Origin: Candidatus Poribacteria bacterium
Lineage (GTDB): Bacteria; Poribacteria; WGA-4E; WGA-3G
DNA: 64,000 bases
NCBI GenBank assembly: GCA_963667805.1
Contig: OY764016.1
Location: 2,077,381 to 2,141,380 of the forward strand
Direction: 5' to 3'
Part shown: positions 44,892 through 56,128 of the stretch, piece by piece
Position numbering within the stretch: the first letter of the stretch is position 1
Layout of the letters: every line of letters begins with the position of its first letter
Made by a program: the position numbers and the translations under genes
The notes under the pieces: generated by a model
Told to the model about the DNA's origin: nothing
The model's input: only the letters and a program-made list of their open reading frames with translations
Database searches by the model: none

Positions 44892-45380
44892 ATGGTAGTT
44901 TCAATGATTGCCGCAATGGATAAAAATAGACTCATCGGTAACGGACCGGATATCCCATGGCAGATGCCCGTGGATCGACGGCATTTCCGCGATATGACGA
45001 TTGGGAAGCCCGTCGTTATGGGACGTAAGACCTTCGAAACGCTGAAACGCCCTCTCGGCAAGCGGCGGAATATTATTCTCACGCGAAACACCACCTACAC
45101 GGCACCGAAAGGGTGCATCGTGGCACATTCGGTAGAAGAGATCCTGAAACTTTGCGCAGGAACAGAGGAACTCATGATATGCGGCGGGGCACCTATCTAC
45201 GAAGCCTTCTTACCGCATGCAAACCGACTCTACCTCACACAGATCCATGCTACGTTCAAAGGCGATGTCTATTTTCCGGCGTTCGATACCGAAGCGTGGC
45301 AAGAAGTAAAACGCATCGATGGTGAACCTGATGAGAAAAATCCTTATCCTTACAGTTTTTTGTTTTTAGAAAGAAAATAG
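44892..45380 (+). CDS. folA: Dihydrofolate reductase
   Basis: IAAMDKNRLIG..IPW..P.D, VVMGRKTFE, RRNIILTR, ICGGAPIYE, GDVYFP. Confidence 0.96.
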   Translation: MVVSMIAAMDKNRLIGNGPDIPWQMPVDRRHFRDMTIGKPVVMGRKTFETLKRPLGKRRNIILTRNTTYTAPKGCIVAHSVEEILKLCAGTEELMICGGAPIYEAFLPHANRLYLTQIHATFKGDVYFPAFDTEAWQEVKRIDGEPDEKNPYPYSFLFLERK

Positions 45381-45390
45381 GAGGCGTTCC

Positions 45391-46023
45391 GTGCTTAATG
45401 TGTGTATGCTTTCCGGTTCCTTTGAGTACGACTCCGAGGCATCCTTGACGATTTTCAAAACCTTTGTTGAAAAACACTATCCGATCCACGCGAATTTAGT
45501 CGTCTACAATTCAGAAGATCACGATCCCGCTTTAGGAGCGTTAGCGGATGCAGATGCGCTATTGGTTTTCACACGCCGTCTGAACACAGAGGGTGCCTCA
45601 CTGAAACAATTTCAAGCCTACTGCGACCAAGGCAGACCGCTCGTTGGGGTCAGGACAGCCAGCCACGCCTATCAAAACTGGTTGGAATTCGATAAAACCG
45701 TGCTCGGGGGCGACTATCAAGGGCATTACGGTGAAGGGCCTCCCACGCAGGTGGAATTGATTGATACGGAACATCCCATCCTGAACGGCATTCCAGCGTT
45801 TGACTGTTATGGCAGTCTCTACAAAAACCCATCACTTCGCGACGATACCTCTCTACTCTTGATGGGACACACGGACGAACATTCAGAGCCTGTCGCATGG
45901 ACGCGTTTGCATAATGGTGGACGTATCTGTTATACTTCATTAGGGCACCAGAAAGATTTTGAAGTAGAACCCTTTTTAAGAGTCCTCGCGCAAAGTATCT
46001 TGTGGGTAGCCGAACAGATATAG
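45391..46023 (+). CDS. ThuA-like (class I glutamine amidotransferase-like) domain protein
   Basis: LVGVRTASHA, HPILNGI, PVAWT...GGRICYTSLGH. Confidence 0.8.
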   Translation: MLNVCMLSGSFEYDSEASLTIFKTFVEKHYPIHANLVVYNSEDHDPALGALADADALLVFTRRLNTEGASLKQFQAYCDQGRPLVGVRTASHAYQNWLEFDKTVLGGDYQGHYGEGPPTQVELIDTEHPILNGIPAFDCYGSLYKNPSLRDDTSLLLMGHTDEHSEPVAWTRLHNGGRICYTSLGHQKDFEVEPFLRVLAQSILWVAEQI

Positions 46024-46049
46024 GCAAAGATTCAAGGCATTTTGGAGAC

Positions 46050-47309
46050 ATGGAAACCCTTACAATTCTGAATGGCGACATCTACACCCCCACGCATCAT
46101 GGACAGGGGAGCATCGTCATTCAAGACGACAAAATTTCAACGATAACCTCAGAAGCACTGCAGCCATCGGGAGAGACCATTGATGCCGCTGGATGCCTCG
46201 TCATTCCTGGATTGATTGATGGATTGGTGCACGGTGGCGGTGGCTATGATAGCATGACCGGGCACGTTGAAGACGTTGCGACAATCACACGCGCCCATGC
46301 GCGTAGCGGTGTTACCTCGTTGGTGCTGGGAATCTCCTCGGGCAGCATGACACAAATCAACAATGCCTTAACCGCTATTGCACACGTCGTTGACGAACCT
46401 GTAGCGGACGGTTCGCGGATTTTAGGGTCCTACGTGGAAGGAAAATTCGGGAGTCTCGCCAAAAACGGGGCACAGAACGCAAAATACATTACACCTCCGA
46501 ACTTCGAAGAATTCCATGCAATGTGGGCGGCTTCCGATGCGACTTTAAAGGTAATCTCCGTCGCACCAGAAAACGATGACAATCTGCAGTTTATCAAGCA
46601 TCTCGCGGCCTTTAAAGCAGATGCCTATAATAACATCGTTATCGCGATGGGACACACAAACGCCACATATCAACAGGCAATCGATGCGATTGACGCAGGC
46701 GTGACCCGCGCCACCCATACTTATAACGGTATGAGTGGGCTGCACCACCGCACCCTCGGCGCCATTGAAGCAGTCCTTTCCCATCCAGACATCCACGCAG
46801 AACTCATTGTCGATGAGCACCATGTCCATCCTTTTTGGGGAAATACCCTCATTCAACAAAAAGGCGTTCACGCCGTTGGGTTAATTACAGACTGCACAGA
46901 ACTCGCCGGTGTCCCCACAGAAGAATGGCAAACTTCGGCAACATACCTCCCCGAGCTGGATGCCTATCGCCTCAATGAAGATGCGATCTCCCAACACGAC
47001 ACAACCTTTGAGCGGCATAGGACCGAGAAATACATCCGCAACGGAGCGATGTGGTTAGATGTAGGAAAACCCACAGAACGCCTCGCAGGTGCGACAATTA
47101 CATTGATGGAGGGTGTCCGTAACGTCATCAACTGGGGACATTCCATAGAAGCCGCTTTAACGATGGCGACTTTGACGCCCGCGCAAAATTTAGGCGTTGC
47201 AGATTCGGTGGGTTCAATTGCAACCGGTAAAACGGCAGATATCGTTATTGTTGACGAAAATTTGAGCGTTCAAACCGTTATTTTAGGCGGAAAAGTGATA
47301 AAAAAGTAG
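46050..47309 (+). CDS. nagA: N-acetylglucosamine-6-phosphate deacetylase family amidohydrolase
   Basis: PGLIDG.VHG, VEG, SVAPE, GHTNA, THTYNGM, HVHP, LITD, LAG, TPA..LG, G..ADIV. Confidence 0.82.
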   Translation: METLTILNGDIYTPTHHGQGSIVIQDDKISTITSEALQPSGETIDAAGCLVIPGLIDGLVHGGGGYDSMTGHVEDVATITRAHARSGVTSLVLGISSGSMTQINNALTAIAHVVDEPVADGSRILGSYVEGKFGSLAKNGAQNAKYITPPNFEEFHAMWAASDATLKVISVAPENDDNLQFIKHLAAFKADAYNNIVIAMGHTNATYQQAIDAIDAGVTRATHTYNGMSGLHHRTLGAIEAVLSHPDIHAELIVDEHHVHPFWGNTLIQQKGVHAVGLITDCTELAGVPTEEWQTSATYLPELDAYRLNEDAISQHDTTFERHRTEKYIRNGAMWLDVGKPTERLAGATITLMEGVRNVINWGHSIEAALTMATLTPAQNLGVADSVGSIATGKTADIVIVDENLSVQTVILGGKVIKK

Positions 47310-47356
47310 AAAATTCGCAGAATTCCAATCTTTTTCGCTTTTTTTTCAAAATAAAT

Positions 47357-47385
47357 TTGACACAGCCCAATTTATTGTGTATAAT
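47357..47385 (+). promoter_or_regulatory. Consensus sigma70 promoter of the str operon
   Basis: TTGACA (47357-47362), 17-nt spacer containing TG, TATAAT (47380-47385). Confidence 0.88.
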
Positions 47386-47491
47386 ATTAGTTTTGGAAAC
47401 CCTAATCAATCTTTTTAGAAACGAGGGGGCAACTACGGAAACATTCTAACGTCGTACCTAAAATTCAGCGTTAATGTGTTGAAGTTACAAT

Positions 47492-47517
47492 GCCCCGCGC
47501 GGGGCTTTTTTCTTTTT
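47492..47517 (+). terminator. Intrinsic-terminator-like hairpin within the rpsL leader
   Basis: GCCCC-GCGC-GGGGC followed by TTTTTTCTTTTT, about 40 nt before the rpsL ATG. Confidence 0.6.
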
Positions 47518-47555
47518 ATCAGAAACCCATAGATATATCATCGCGGAGGTCCGAA

Positions 47556-47927
47556 ATGCCAACAATTAATCAATTAATCAAGAAACCGCGCAAAAAGTCC
47601 CGGAAAAAGACCAAATCTCCGGTACTCGAGCAGTGTCCTCAGCGGCGCGGTATCTGTTTACAAGTGAAAACAGTAACACCGAACAAACCGAATTCGGCAT
47701 TGCGTAAAGTTGCTCGAGTGCGGTTCACCTCTGGCTACGAAGCTACCTGTTACATTCCGGGGATTGATCACAATCTGCAAGAACACTCAGTCGTTTTAGT
47801 CCGAGGTGGGAGAGTCAAAGACCTCTCTAATGTCCGCTACCACATCGTCCGCGGCAAATTAGATACTGCAGGTGTTGATAACCGTCGTCAAGGTCGTTCA
47901 AAATACGGTGCACGGAAACCGGCTTAA
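47556..47927 (+). CDS. rpsL: 30S ribosomal protein S12
   Basis: MPTINQL start behind GGAGG; [22 protein letters not shown]. Confidence 0.98.
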   Translation: MPTINQLIKKPRKKSRKKTKSPVLEQCPQRRGICLQVKTVTPNKPNSALRKVARVRFTSGYEATCYIPGIDHNLQEHSVVLVRGGRVKDLSNVRYHIVRGKLDTAGVDNRRQGRSKYGARKPA

Positions 47928-47945
47928 AAAACGGAGGAAGAGTAG

Positions 47946-48416
47946 ATGCCGAGACGTGGAAACATCAGCAAACGGGATGTCAGTCCTGACGCGAAATATA
48001 ACAGCAAGCTGGTGTCAAAATTCATCAATAGCCTCATGTTAGATGGCAAGAAAAGCACTGCGCAATCAATCTTATATGAGAGTTTTGAGATTATTGAATC
48101 CCGGGCGAAGGAAGATGGTTTCGCCGTGTTCCGTCAAGCAATCAACAATGTCAAACCCGTGTTAGAAATTAGACCCCGGCGTGTAGGCAGCCAGACCTAT
48201 CAAGTGCCTGTTGATGTAAAAGCAGAACGAAAACAGCGATTGGCTTTTAGTTGGATTATTCAATCCGCTCGTTCGCGCGGCGAAAGGCGGATGGCAGAAC
48301 GTCTCGCAGGTGAAATACTTGAAGCATCTCAGAACGAAGGTGGAGCGATTCGCAGAAAAATGGATCAGCATCGAATGGCGGAAGCGAACCGAGCTTTCGC
48401 ACATTATCGATGGTAA
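47946..48416 (+). CDS. rpsG: 30S ribosomal protein S7
   Basis: MPRRG...DGKKS...[10 protein letters not shown]. Confidence 0.98.
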   Translation: MPRRGNISKRDVSPDAKYNSKLVSKFINSLMLDGKKSTAQSILYESFEIIESRAKEDGFAVFRQAINNVKPVLEIRPRRVGSQTYQVPVDVKAERKQRLAFSWIIQSARSRGERRMAERLAGEILEASQNEGGAIRRKMDQHRMAEANRAFAHYRW

Positions 48417-48472
48417 AAAATGCGTTACGGCTGAGAGCCGAAGCGTTAACACAAAAAAGGAGTCGTCCAATC

Positions 48473-50590
48473 GTGGCGGAGAAAAAAAATAGCAACCCCC
48501 AACGCTTAGAATTGCCCCACATGCGAAATATCGGTGTCATGGCACATATTGATGCCGGGAAGACCACTGTCACTGAACGCATTCTCTATTATACCGGTAA
48601 ACTTTATCGGATCGGAGATGTGGACGATGGCACCACTGCCATGGATTGGATGGTGCAAGAACAGGAACGCGGCATTACGATTACTGCCGCCGCAACAACC
48701 TGTCAGTGGAAAAAACACCAAATCAATATCATTGATACACCGGGGCATATCGACTTTACCGTCGAAGTCGAACGCTCACTTCGCGTCCTCGACGGCGCAG
48801 TCGCAGTTTTTTGCGCAGTTGGTGGCGTTGAACCCCAATCTGAAACTGTTTGGAGACAAGCAGATAAATACGATATACCCCGAATCGCGTTCGTCAACAA
48901 AATGGATCGAACCGGTGCCGATTTCTTCCGAACGGTTGAAATGATGGAAGAACGCCTCGGTGCTCCAGCGATCCCCGTGCAACTTCCTATCGGGTCAGCA
49001 GAACAATTCACAGGAATCGTCGACCTCATCTCCATGAAGGGGCAGATCTGGAATGTCGGAACAGATGCCGGCAGCGATGGCACTGTCATCCAAGAAACAG
49101 ACATCCCCAGAGAAATGGAAGACATGGCGACTGAATATCGCGAGCAGCTGTTAGAGGCTATCGCCGATCACGACGAAGTGCTTATGCTTAAATACTTGGA
49201 TGGTGTCGAAATTTCACCGGAAGAGATTAAAGCAGGCATACGAAACGCTGTTCTTAATGGAAAGGTTGTCCCTGTTCTCTGCGGCACCGCTCTGAAAAAT
49301 AAAGGCGTCCAACCGCTCTTAGACGCGATTGTCTCCTACCTACCGGCACCCACCGACGTGCCGCCTGTGGTAGGCTTTAATCCGAAGACTGAAGAAGAGG
49401 AAACACGTGCTGCAAAGGATAGTGAACCCTTCTGTGCATTGGCGTTCAAAATCATGACGGATCCTCACGTTGGCAAACTTACCTACTTACGGGTGTATTC
49501 CGGTATCCTCCAGAAAGGCGATACCCTCTACAACAGTACAACTGGAAAACACGAGCGGATTGGTCGATTAATGCAGATGCACGCCAACAAACGGGAAGAA
49601 CATCAAGCTGTTCACTCAGGCGACATCGCTGCAGTCATCGGGTTAAAAGACCTCTCAACGGGGGATACGCTCTGCGATCCGAAGGCACATATCACCTTAG
49701 AAACGATGGTGTTCCCGTTGCCGGTGATGTCTATCGCTATTGAACCTCGAACGCAATCCGATATCGATAAACTGAACCTCGCCCTCTCGAAACTCGCTGA
49801 AGAAGACCCGACCTTTAAAGTGCATCAAGACAGTGAAACAGGACAAACATTGTTGTCCGGTATGGGTGAGCTTCATCTCGAAATCATCGTTGATAGACTC
49901 GTGCGTGAGTTTAACGTCTCAGCGAATGTTGGCAATCCGCAAGTCGCCTATCGGGAAACGATCCGTAAAGCCGTTAAATCCAGGAAACGTTTCGTGCGTC
50001 AATCCGGGGGTAGAGGTCAATTTGGAGACGTTACGATCGAGGTCGAACCCCTTGAAAAAGGATCAGGCTTTGAATTCATTGACGAAACCAAAGGTGGCGT
50101 TATTCCGCAAGAATACATCCCCGCAGTGCAGAAAGGCATTGAGAACGCGATGAACATAGGAGTCTTAGCAGGCTACCCGGTCGTTGATGTATTAGTCAGA
50201 CTCGTAGACGGTTCACATCACGCCGTAGATTCATCAGAAATGGCGTTCTCCATAGCAGGTTCTATGGCGTTTAAAGACGCACTAAAGAGTGCTACACCGA
50301 CGCTTCTCGAACCGATTATGGACGTTGAAGTTATTGTTCCTGACGAATACCTCGGTAAGGTCATAGGCGACCTGAATTCACGGCGTTCTCAGATACGTGA
50401 AACCGAAACGCAAGCAAAATCTCGTATTCAAGTTATTCGTGTTGATGTCCCGCTTTCAGAAATGTTTGGGTATGTCAAAACACTTAGGTCACTCACACAG
50501 GGTAGAGCCAATTACTCTATGGAGTTTGCACATTATAACGAAGTCCCAACAAGCGTGATGGAAGATTTAATTTCATCAGCGAATCGTTAA
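48473..50590 (+). CDS. fusA: Elongation factor G
   Basis: GTG at 48473 behind AGGAG; [30 protein letters not shown]. Confidence 0.98.
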   Translation: MAEKKNSNPQRLELPHMRNIGVMAHIDAGKTTVTERILYYTGKLYRIGDVDDGTTAMDWMVQEQERGITITAAATTCQWKKHQINIIDTPGHIDFTVEVERSLRVLDGAVAVFCAVGGVEPQSETVWRQADKYDIPRIAFVNKMDRTGADFFRTVEMMEERLGAPAIPVQLPIGSAEQFTGIVDLISMKGQIWNVGTDAGSDGTVIQETDIPREMEDMATEYREQLLEAIADHDEVLMLKYLDGVEISPEEIKAGIRNAVLNGKVVPVLCGTALKNKGVQPLLDAIVSYLPAPTDVPPVVGFNPKTEEEETRAAKDSEPFCALAFKIMTDPHVGKLTYLRVYSGILQKGDTLYNSTTGKHERIGRLMQMHANKREEHQAVHSGDIAAVIGLKDLSTGDTLCDPKAHITLETMVFPLPVMSIAIEPRTQSDIDKLNLALSKLAEEDPTFKVHQDSETGQTLLSGMGELHLEIIVDRLVREFNVSANVGNPQVAYRETIRKAVKSRKRFVRQSGGRGQFGDVTIEVEPLEKGSGFEFIDETKGGVIPQEYIPAVQKGIENAMNIGVLAGYPVVDVLVRLVDGSHHAVDSSEMAFSIAGSMAFKDALKSATPTLLEPIMDVEVIVPDEYLGKVIGDLNSRRSQIRETETQAKSRIQVIRVDVPLSEMFGYVKTLRSLTQGRANYSMEFAHYNEVPTSVMEDLISSANR

Positions 50591-50666
50591 GTAGTTTTCA
50601 AGGTGTCCGAACTGTTGGAATGTTCACATTTCCCACAAGCGGACACAAGATTTTAATAGTTTTCAG

Positions 50667-50782
50667 AGTTAATAGTTGTCGGTTGTCAGTTAAGAGGGTT
50701 TCTTGTAACAATCTTCGCCACTTTGGAATATTCCCACAGGGGTGAATTGTTGCCCAACGCCTCTTGTAACTGATAACTGAAA
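50667..50782. repeat. Heptamer-armed inverted-repeat element (copy 1)
   Basis: Left arm AGTTGTC GGTTGTC AGTTAAGAGG; right arm CCTCTTGTAACTGATAACTGA. Confidence 0.7.
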
Positions 50783-50864
50783 GGGTTGCGTAGCAACCCG
50801 AGCCGAGAACCATTCCCTCTGATAACCAATATAACAATAAACTTTTAGTGGAGCTCGGACAAAA

Positions 50865-52064
50865 ATGGCTAAGGAAACGTTTGAAAGGACTAAACCCCAC
50901 GTCAATGTTGGAACAATTGGCCACGTTGACCACGGTAAGACAACGCTGACAGCAGCAATTACGATGGTGCTCTCGAAACTCGCTGACGCAGACTACGTCA
51001 TGGAGTATGATGAAATTGATAAGGCACCCGAAGAAAAAGAACGTGGTATTACCATTAATACAGCACACGTTGAGTATGAAACGGACAACCGGCATTACGC
51101 ACACGTTGATTGCCCCGGACACGCCGACTATATCAAGAATATGATTACCGGTGCGGCACAGATGGACGGTGCGATTCTGGTGGTATCCGCCGCTGACGGA
51201 CCCATGCCTCAGACACGTGAGCACGTGCTACTGGCGCGACAGGTGAACGTGCCTTCGCTCGTCGTCTTCCTGAACAAGGCTGACATGGTGGATGACGAAG
51301 AGCTGCTGGAACTCGTCGAATTGGAAGTTCGCGAATTGCTCAGCGATTATGACTTCCCCGGCGACGATATTCCTATCGTCATAGGTTCCGCGCTTGACGC
51401 AATGGAATCCGGTGGTGATCCCGGGCATGAAGCATGCCAACCCATTCTTGAACTCATGGCAGCTGTTGATGAATACATCCCAGAACCGGTTCGCGATACC
51501 GATCGTCCCTTCCTGATGCCGATTGAAGATATCTTCACCATCAGCGGACGGGGAACCGTTGTCACCGGTAGGGTTGAACGCGGAACTGTTGAAATCGGGA
51601 ACACCGTTGAAATCGTAGGGTTACGTGAAACACAAAACACTGTCGTTACAGGGGTTGAGATGTTTAACAAGAGCCTCAACGAAGGTCAAGCCGGTGATAA
51701 TCTCGGTGCCCTCTTACGTGGTGTTGAACGCGATGACGTCGAACGCGGACAAGTTTTGGCAATCCCTGGGACGGTGACACCCCATACCCAATTTGAAGCG
51801 GAAGCCTACATTCTCACAAAAGATGAAGGTGGACGCTGGAATCCGTTCTTTAGCGGATACCGACCGCAGTTCTATTTCCGCACAACCGACGTAACCGGAG
51901 AGATGAACCTCCCGGAAGGCATCGAAATGATTATGCCTGGCGACAACGCACAGATCACTGTAAAACTTTCTAAACCGATTGCGATGGAAGAACAACTCCG
52001 ATTCGCAATCCGTGAAGGTGGACAGACAGTCGGTGCCGGTGTTGTCTCCAAAATTATTGAATAA
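50865..52064 (+). CDS. tuf: Elongation factor Tu
   Basis: [30 protein letters not shown]. Confidence 0.99.
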   Translation: MAKETFERTKPHVNVGTIGHVDHGKTTLTAAITMVLSKLADADYVMEYDEIDKAPEEKERGITINTAHVEYETDNRHYAHVDCPGHADYIKNMITGAAQMDGAILVVSAADGPMPQTREHVLLARQVNVPSLVVFLNKADMVDDEELLELVELEVRELLSDYDFPGDDIPIVIGSALDAMESGGDPGHEACQPILELMAAVDEYIPEPVRDTDRPFLMPIEDIFTISGRGTVVTGRVERGTVEIGNTVEIVGLRETQNTVVTGVEMFNKSLNEGQAGDNLGALLRGVERDDVERGQVLAIPGTVTPHTQFEAEAYILTKDEGGRWNPFFSGYRPQFYFRTTDVTGEMNLPEGIEMIMPGDNAQITVKLSKPIAMEEQLRFAIREGGQTVGAGVVSKIIE

Positions 52065-52071
52065 AACGATT

Positions 52072-52098
52072 GGGCGGTGCTGACGCGCCGCCCTTTTT
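52072..52098 (+). terminator. Rho-independent terminator after tuf
   Basis: GGGCGGTGC-TGAC-GCGCCGCCC followed by TTTTT. Confidence 0.8.
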
Positions 52099-52184
52099 AA
52101 GTAATCAACACGGAGCAGTCCTTACATCGGCATCAAGATGTAAGTTAACAAGACTTCCCTGTTTGATGAAGGCGATACGAAAAG

Positions 52185-52496
52185 ATGGACAATCAAAAAA
52201 TTCGCATCCGGCTCAAGGCATTTGACTATCGGTTGTTGGACCTGTCGTCAAAGCAGATAGCAGAAACTGCGAAGCGCACAGGGGCAGCTGTCTCCGGTCC
52301 AATTCCATTGCCGACGAAAAAGCATATCTATACCGTTCAACGTTCAACGTTTAAAGACAAGAAGTCGCGTGAACAATTTGAGATGCGGATTCATAAACGT
52401 CTGCTGGATATCTTAGAGACGACACCTAAAACTGTTCATGCCTTGATGGGTTTAGACCTGCCCGCAGGGGTTGATGTTAAAATTACGCTTCTCTAA
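52185..52496 (+). CDS. rpsJ: 30S ribosomal protein S10
   Basis: [27 protein letters not shown]. Confidence 0.98.
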   Translation: MDNQKIRIRLKAFDYRLLDLSSKQIAETAKRTGAAVSGPIPLPTKKHIYTVQRSTFKDKKSREQFEMRIHKRLLDILETTPKTVHALMGLDLPAGVDVKITLL

Positions 52497-52629
52497 CTCT
52501 GGGAATCTGGACCTATAGATATTACAGCCACTGAGGTGTTAAGAGGCATTTCTTCTTGAAACCCTCTAAGGTAGTATGTTTATAGGGGAACGATACACAG
52601 ATTCAATCATTCACAAAAGGCGAAAGAAA

Positions 52630-53268
52630 ATGGTTAATGGAATTATCGGCCGCAAAATCGGCATGACACAAGTCTTTGAGGACTCAGGTAAAGCGGTCCC
52701 TGTTACCGTCATCCAAGCAGGTCCCTGCCCCATTGTCCAGCTCAAAACGCAGGAAAAAGATGGATATCAGGCAGTTCAATTGGGTTTCGGAGAGCAAAAA
52801 GAAAGCCGCATGAATCGTCCTAAGCGAGGACACTTCGCCAAAGCCGACGTTGAACCCGCATTTGTGCTTCGGGAATTTCGAGTCCAGAGCCTTGATGACG
52901 TGTCTGTAGGAAGCATTATCGATGCAAGCGTTTTTTCAGAGGGTGAACTTGTTGACGTGACAGGCACCTCAAAGGGACGTGGTTTCTCTGGGGTGGTGAG
53001 ACGTTGGAATTTCGCGGGTGGTAGGAAAAGCCACGGTGGCGAGCAAGATTTGCGCAGACCTGGCTCCATTGGCGCAAGTGCGACCCCCTCCCGAGTCTTT
53101 AAAGGAAAACGGATGGCGGGACGCCACGGTGCCAAACGGCATACCGTTCAAAACTTGCCCGTGATCCAAGCCGATCCTGAGCGCAATTTATTGGTGGTCA
53201 AAGGGGCTGTTCCGGGACCCCCCAATGGGTTGCTGCTGGTAAGAAAAGCATCTAAATCACTGATTTAA
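52630..53268 (+). CDS. rplC: 50S ribosomal protein L3
   Basis: Start [13 protein letters not shown]; [21 protein letters not shown]. Confidence 0.98.
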   Translation: MVNGIIGRKIGMTQVFEDSGKAVPVTVIQAGPCPIVQLKTQEKDGYQAVQLGFGEQKESRMNRPKRGHFAKADVEPAFVLREFRVQSLDDVSVGSIIDASVFSEGELVDVTGTSKGRGFSGVVRRWNFAGGRKSHGGEQDLRRPGSIGASATPSRVFKGKRMAGRHGAKRHTVQNLPVIQADPERNLLVVKGAVPGPPNGLLLVRKASKSLI

Positions 53269-53269
53269 T

Positions 53270-53394
53270 AGTTATCAGTTATCAATTTTCTGTTAAAGAG
53301 GTCTTTGTAACAATCTTCACAAACCTGGAATACGCTAACAGCAGCAAAGATTGCCACAGAAAACCTCCTAACTGACGACCGACAACCGATAACC
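53270..53394. repeat. Heptamer-armed inverted-repeat element (copy 2)
   Basis: AGTTATC AGTTATC...GTTAAAGAGG; core TTGTAACAATCTTC..TGGAATA shared with copy 1; right arm CCTCCTAACTGACGACCGACAACCGATAAC. Confidence 0.7.
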
Positions 53395-53410
53395 ATTAAA
53401 AGAGGAAAAT

Positions 53411-54040
53411 ATGTCAACCTTAGACGTACACAACATATCTGGGGGAGTCCTCCGAGAAAAGGAATTAGCCGATGCGTTCACCGAGGCTGAAGTGAATGGT
53501 CCTGTCATTCACCAATGTGTCGTTGCTTACCTCGCGAATCAGAGGCAAGGCACCGCATCAACTAAAACCCGGAGTGAAGTGAAAGGCAGTGGGAGAAAAC
53601 TCTACCGCCAAAAAGGAACAGGTAGAGCACGGGTCGGACACGCCAAGGCACCCAATCGAGTACATGGCGGTGTCGCGTTCGGTCCGAAACCGCGCAGTTA
53701 CCGACAGGCTACGCCGAAACGGGTTCGCCACCTTGGACTTCACAGTGCACTCGCAGACAGGTTTCAGAACCAACAGTGCATTCTCGTTGAAGATTTTACA
53801 CTTGAAAAACCCCGGACCAAAGACATCGTTAACATGCTAAAGGCGGTAAACGCGGAAGGGAAAGTGCTGCTTGTCCTGAATGAACACTGTTCGAATATTA
53901 ACCTCTCTGTCCGGAATATTCCACAGGTTAACAGCTGCATATGGAACCACATCAACGTTTATCAGGTTATGTGGCATGACACCCTCATCATTACTGAGAG
54001 CGCCGCCGAGAAACTGGAATCCAAATTTTTAGCCACCTAA
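53411..54040 (+). CDS. rplD: 50S ribosomal protein L4
   Basis: [31 protein letters not shown]. Confidence 0.98.
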   Translation: MSTLDVHNISGGVLREKELADAFTEAEVNGPVIHQCVVAYLANQRQGTASTKTRSEVKGSGRKLYRQKGTGRARVGHAKAPNRVHGGVAFGPKPRSYRQATPKRVRHLGLHSALADRFQNQQCILVEDFTLEKPRTKDIVNMLKAVNAEGKVLLVLNEHCSNINLSVRNIPQVNSCIWNHINVYQVMWHDTLIITESAAEKLESKFLAT

Positions 54041-54085
54041 AGGCTATGGTTAAGACATCAGTTCAGCAGCAGAAGGATAAAACTG

Positions 54086-54385
54086 ATGAAAGATGTATAT
54101 CAGATCATATTACAACCGCTGATAACGGAAAAGAGCACGATCCTCCGTGAATCTAACAAGTACGCCTTCGTTGTGGATCGCAACGCAACGAAACCACAGA
54201 TTCGTCGAGCCGCGGAAGAATTGTTTGACATTGAAGGCGATATTCTTAAAATTCGCACAATGCGCGTTCGTGGTAAACCCAAAGGTAAAATGTTGCGTTA
54301 TCAACGGGGCAGAAAACCACATTGGAAGAAAGCGATTATTACCCTGAGAGAAGGCGCGACCATCCAAGCGTTTGACACCATATAG
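54086..54385 (+). CDS. rplW: 50S ribosomal protein L23
   Basis: P.ITEKS, Y.F.V, WKKAIITL. Confidence 0.97.
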   Translation: MKDVYQIILQPLITEKSTILRESNKYAFVVDRNATKPQIRRAAEELFDIEGDILKIRTMRVRGKPKGKMLRYQRGRKPHWKKAIITLREGATIQAFDTI

Positions 54386-54448
54386 GAATAGTTGTCGGTT
54401 ATCCTTCTTTGGTTCCCGACAATTGACGACTAAAAAAAGGAAATCAGA

Positions 54449-55264
54449 ATGCCTAAAACTTATTCACCCATAACTCCAAGTCGCCGGTTCATGACTGGTT
54501 ACACCTTTGAAGAGATTACGCGGAGCAAACCGGAAAAATCTCTCGTCAAAGGGGCGAAACAGAAAGCCGGCCGGAACGCCAATGGGCGTTTGACTGTGAG
54601 ACGCCGCGGTGGGGGACATAAGCGCAGATACCGGGTCATCGACTTCAAACGAGACAAGTTTGGCATTCCCGCTAAAGTTGCCGCAATTGAATATGATCCA
54701 AACCGGTCGGCGCATATCGCCTTATTACACTATGTCGACGGTGAAAAGCGTTACATTCTCGCACCCGTCGGTGTTCAGGTTGGTGATATGCTGCAGTCAG
54801 GTGAAGACGCAGAAATTCGCCCTGGCAACGCCTTACCGCTTGAGAGAATTCCACTCGGATCGTCAATCCATAACATAGAGATGCGTCCCGGGAAAGGTGG
54901 ACAACTCGTCCGGAGTGCTGGCGTTGCAGCGCAGTTAGTCGACAGAGAAGGCAAGTACGCGCGTATCCGACTCCCCTCCGGTGAAATTCGCCTCGTCCCC
55001 GTCCAAGGCATGGCGACGCTCGGACAGATCGGCAACGTCAGCCAGATTGTTATCGGTAAAGCCGGACGTTCGAGGTGGCTCGGAAAACGCCCGAAAGTTA
55101 GAGGCGTCGCTATGAATCCGATCGACCATCCGCATGGGGGTGGCGAAGGTAAAAGTTCCGGGGGTAGACATCCCGTTACGCCTTGGGGGGTCCCGACCAA
55201 AGGGTATAAGACCCGAAACCCGAAGAAGAAATCCAACCGTTACATCGTCGGGAAACGGAAATAG
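54449..55264 (+). CDS. rplB: 50S ribosomal protein L2
   Basis: [25 protein letters not shown]. Confidence 0.98.
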   Translation: MPKTYSPITPSRRFMTGYTFEEITRSKPEKSLVKGAKQKAGRNANGRLTVRRRGGGHKRRYRVIDFKRDKFGIPAKVAAIEYDPNRSAHIALLHYVDGEKRYILAPVGVQVGDMLQSGEDAEIRPGNALPLERIPLGSSIHNIEMRPGKGGQLVRSAGVAAQLVDREGKYARIRLPSGEIRLVPVQGMATLGQIGNVSQIVIGKAGRSRWLGKRPKVRGVAMNPIDHPHGGGEGKSSGGRHPVTPWGVPTKGYKTRNPKKKSNRYIVGKRK

Positions 55265-55296
55265 TCTGCAAGGACAGAATAAAAAGGAGAAATACA

Positions 55297-55569
55297 ATGG
55301 CGCGTTCTCTGAAAAAGGGACCTTACATAGACCCGAAACTCGCTAAGAAGATAGCCGCCATGGAACGTTCTGGCAGTAAACGGGTGGTGCGGACCTGGTC
55401 CCGCCGTTCAATGATTACCCCTGAGTTGGTAGGACACACTTTGGCAATATACAACGGGAAAAAATTTTTTCCGGTGTATATAACCGAGAATATGGTAGGA
55501 CACAAACTCGGAGAATTTTCACCGACTCGTACCTTCCGTGCCCACTCAGGTGGTGGAGGTAGAAGATAA
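55297..55569 (+). CDS. rpsS: 30S ribosomal protein S19
   Basis: [22 protein letters not shown]. Confidence 0.98.
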   Translation: MARSLKKGPYIDPKLAKKIAAMERSGSKRVVRTWSRRSMITPELVGHTLAIYNGKKFFPVYITENMVGHKLGEFSPTRTFRAHSGGGGRR

Positions 55570-55695
55570 CTTTGTGATAGCTTTCATCGTCCATCGAGGT
55601 TCTCCGGAACTTCACCTTTTTATCAGATGATGCACGTGGATGCTTGGTCGCGAATCACAACGAAACCCGAAAATCGCTTTTGTTAGGAGATACTG

Positions 55696-56049
55696 ATGGA
55701 AGCCAGATCTAAGATTAGGAACGCGTCGGTTGCCCCACGGAAAGCACGTTTAGTAGCCGATCTCGTCCGTAATCAGTACGTTGAGGATGCGTTAAGTCAG
55801 CTGCGCTTTACGCATAAAGCCGCGTCCCCTATAATTTACAAACTCATTCAGTCAGCAGCTGCGAACGCACAATATCAAGATCCGAACATCGATCTCACAA
55901 ACCTATATGTTAAAGAGATTCGGGTTGATGAAGGGATTACGCGGAAATGGATACGTCCCCGGGCACGAGGTATGGCAAACAGGATCCTAAAACGGAGCAG
56001 CCATATCACTGTCGTCGTTGATGAGGAGAGTGGCGAGAATGGTGAGTAA
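55696..56049 (+). CDS. rplV: 50S ribosomal protein L22
   Basis: PRKARLVAD, SAAANA, RPRARG, SHITV. Confidence 0.98.
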   Translation: MEARSKIRNASVAPRKARLVADLVRNQYVEDALSQLRFTHKAASPIIYKLIQSAAANAQYQDPNIDLTNLYVKEIRVDEGITRKWIRPRARGMANRILKRSSHITVVVDEESGENGE

Positions 56050-56128
56050 CGCCGTGCACTTACAAAACACCAAAAGCCCCGCTTATCTTCTACGTCGCGA
56101 ACGGGGAAGAACTCAATAGGAGGTTTGC

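Noticed and set aside
47400-47470. Known c-di-AMP (ydaO) or c-di-GMP riboswitch in the rpsL leader
   Set aside because: Only short words (GGAAAC, GGGGG, CCTAAA) resemble them and the required helices and spacing are not present. Kept only as an unclassified attenuator candidate.
48410-48472. Extended N-termini given by the ORF track for fusA, rpsL, rplC, rplN, rplX, nagA, folA and others
   Set aside because: Downstream starts with clear Shine-Dalgarno sequences match family N-termini, so coordinates were trimmed.
50865-52064. Elfamycin or thiopeptide resistance in EF-Tu (FNKS, GGRWNP, EGGQT variants)
   Set aside because: The best-known resistance positions I can place (A375, G257, G275, R230/R233 equivalents) look wild type, so the other changes cannot be interpreted by eye.
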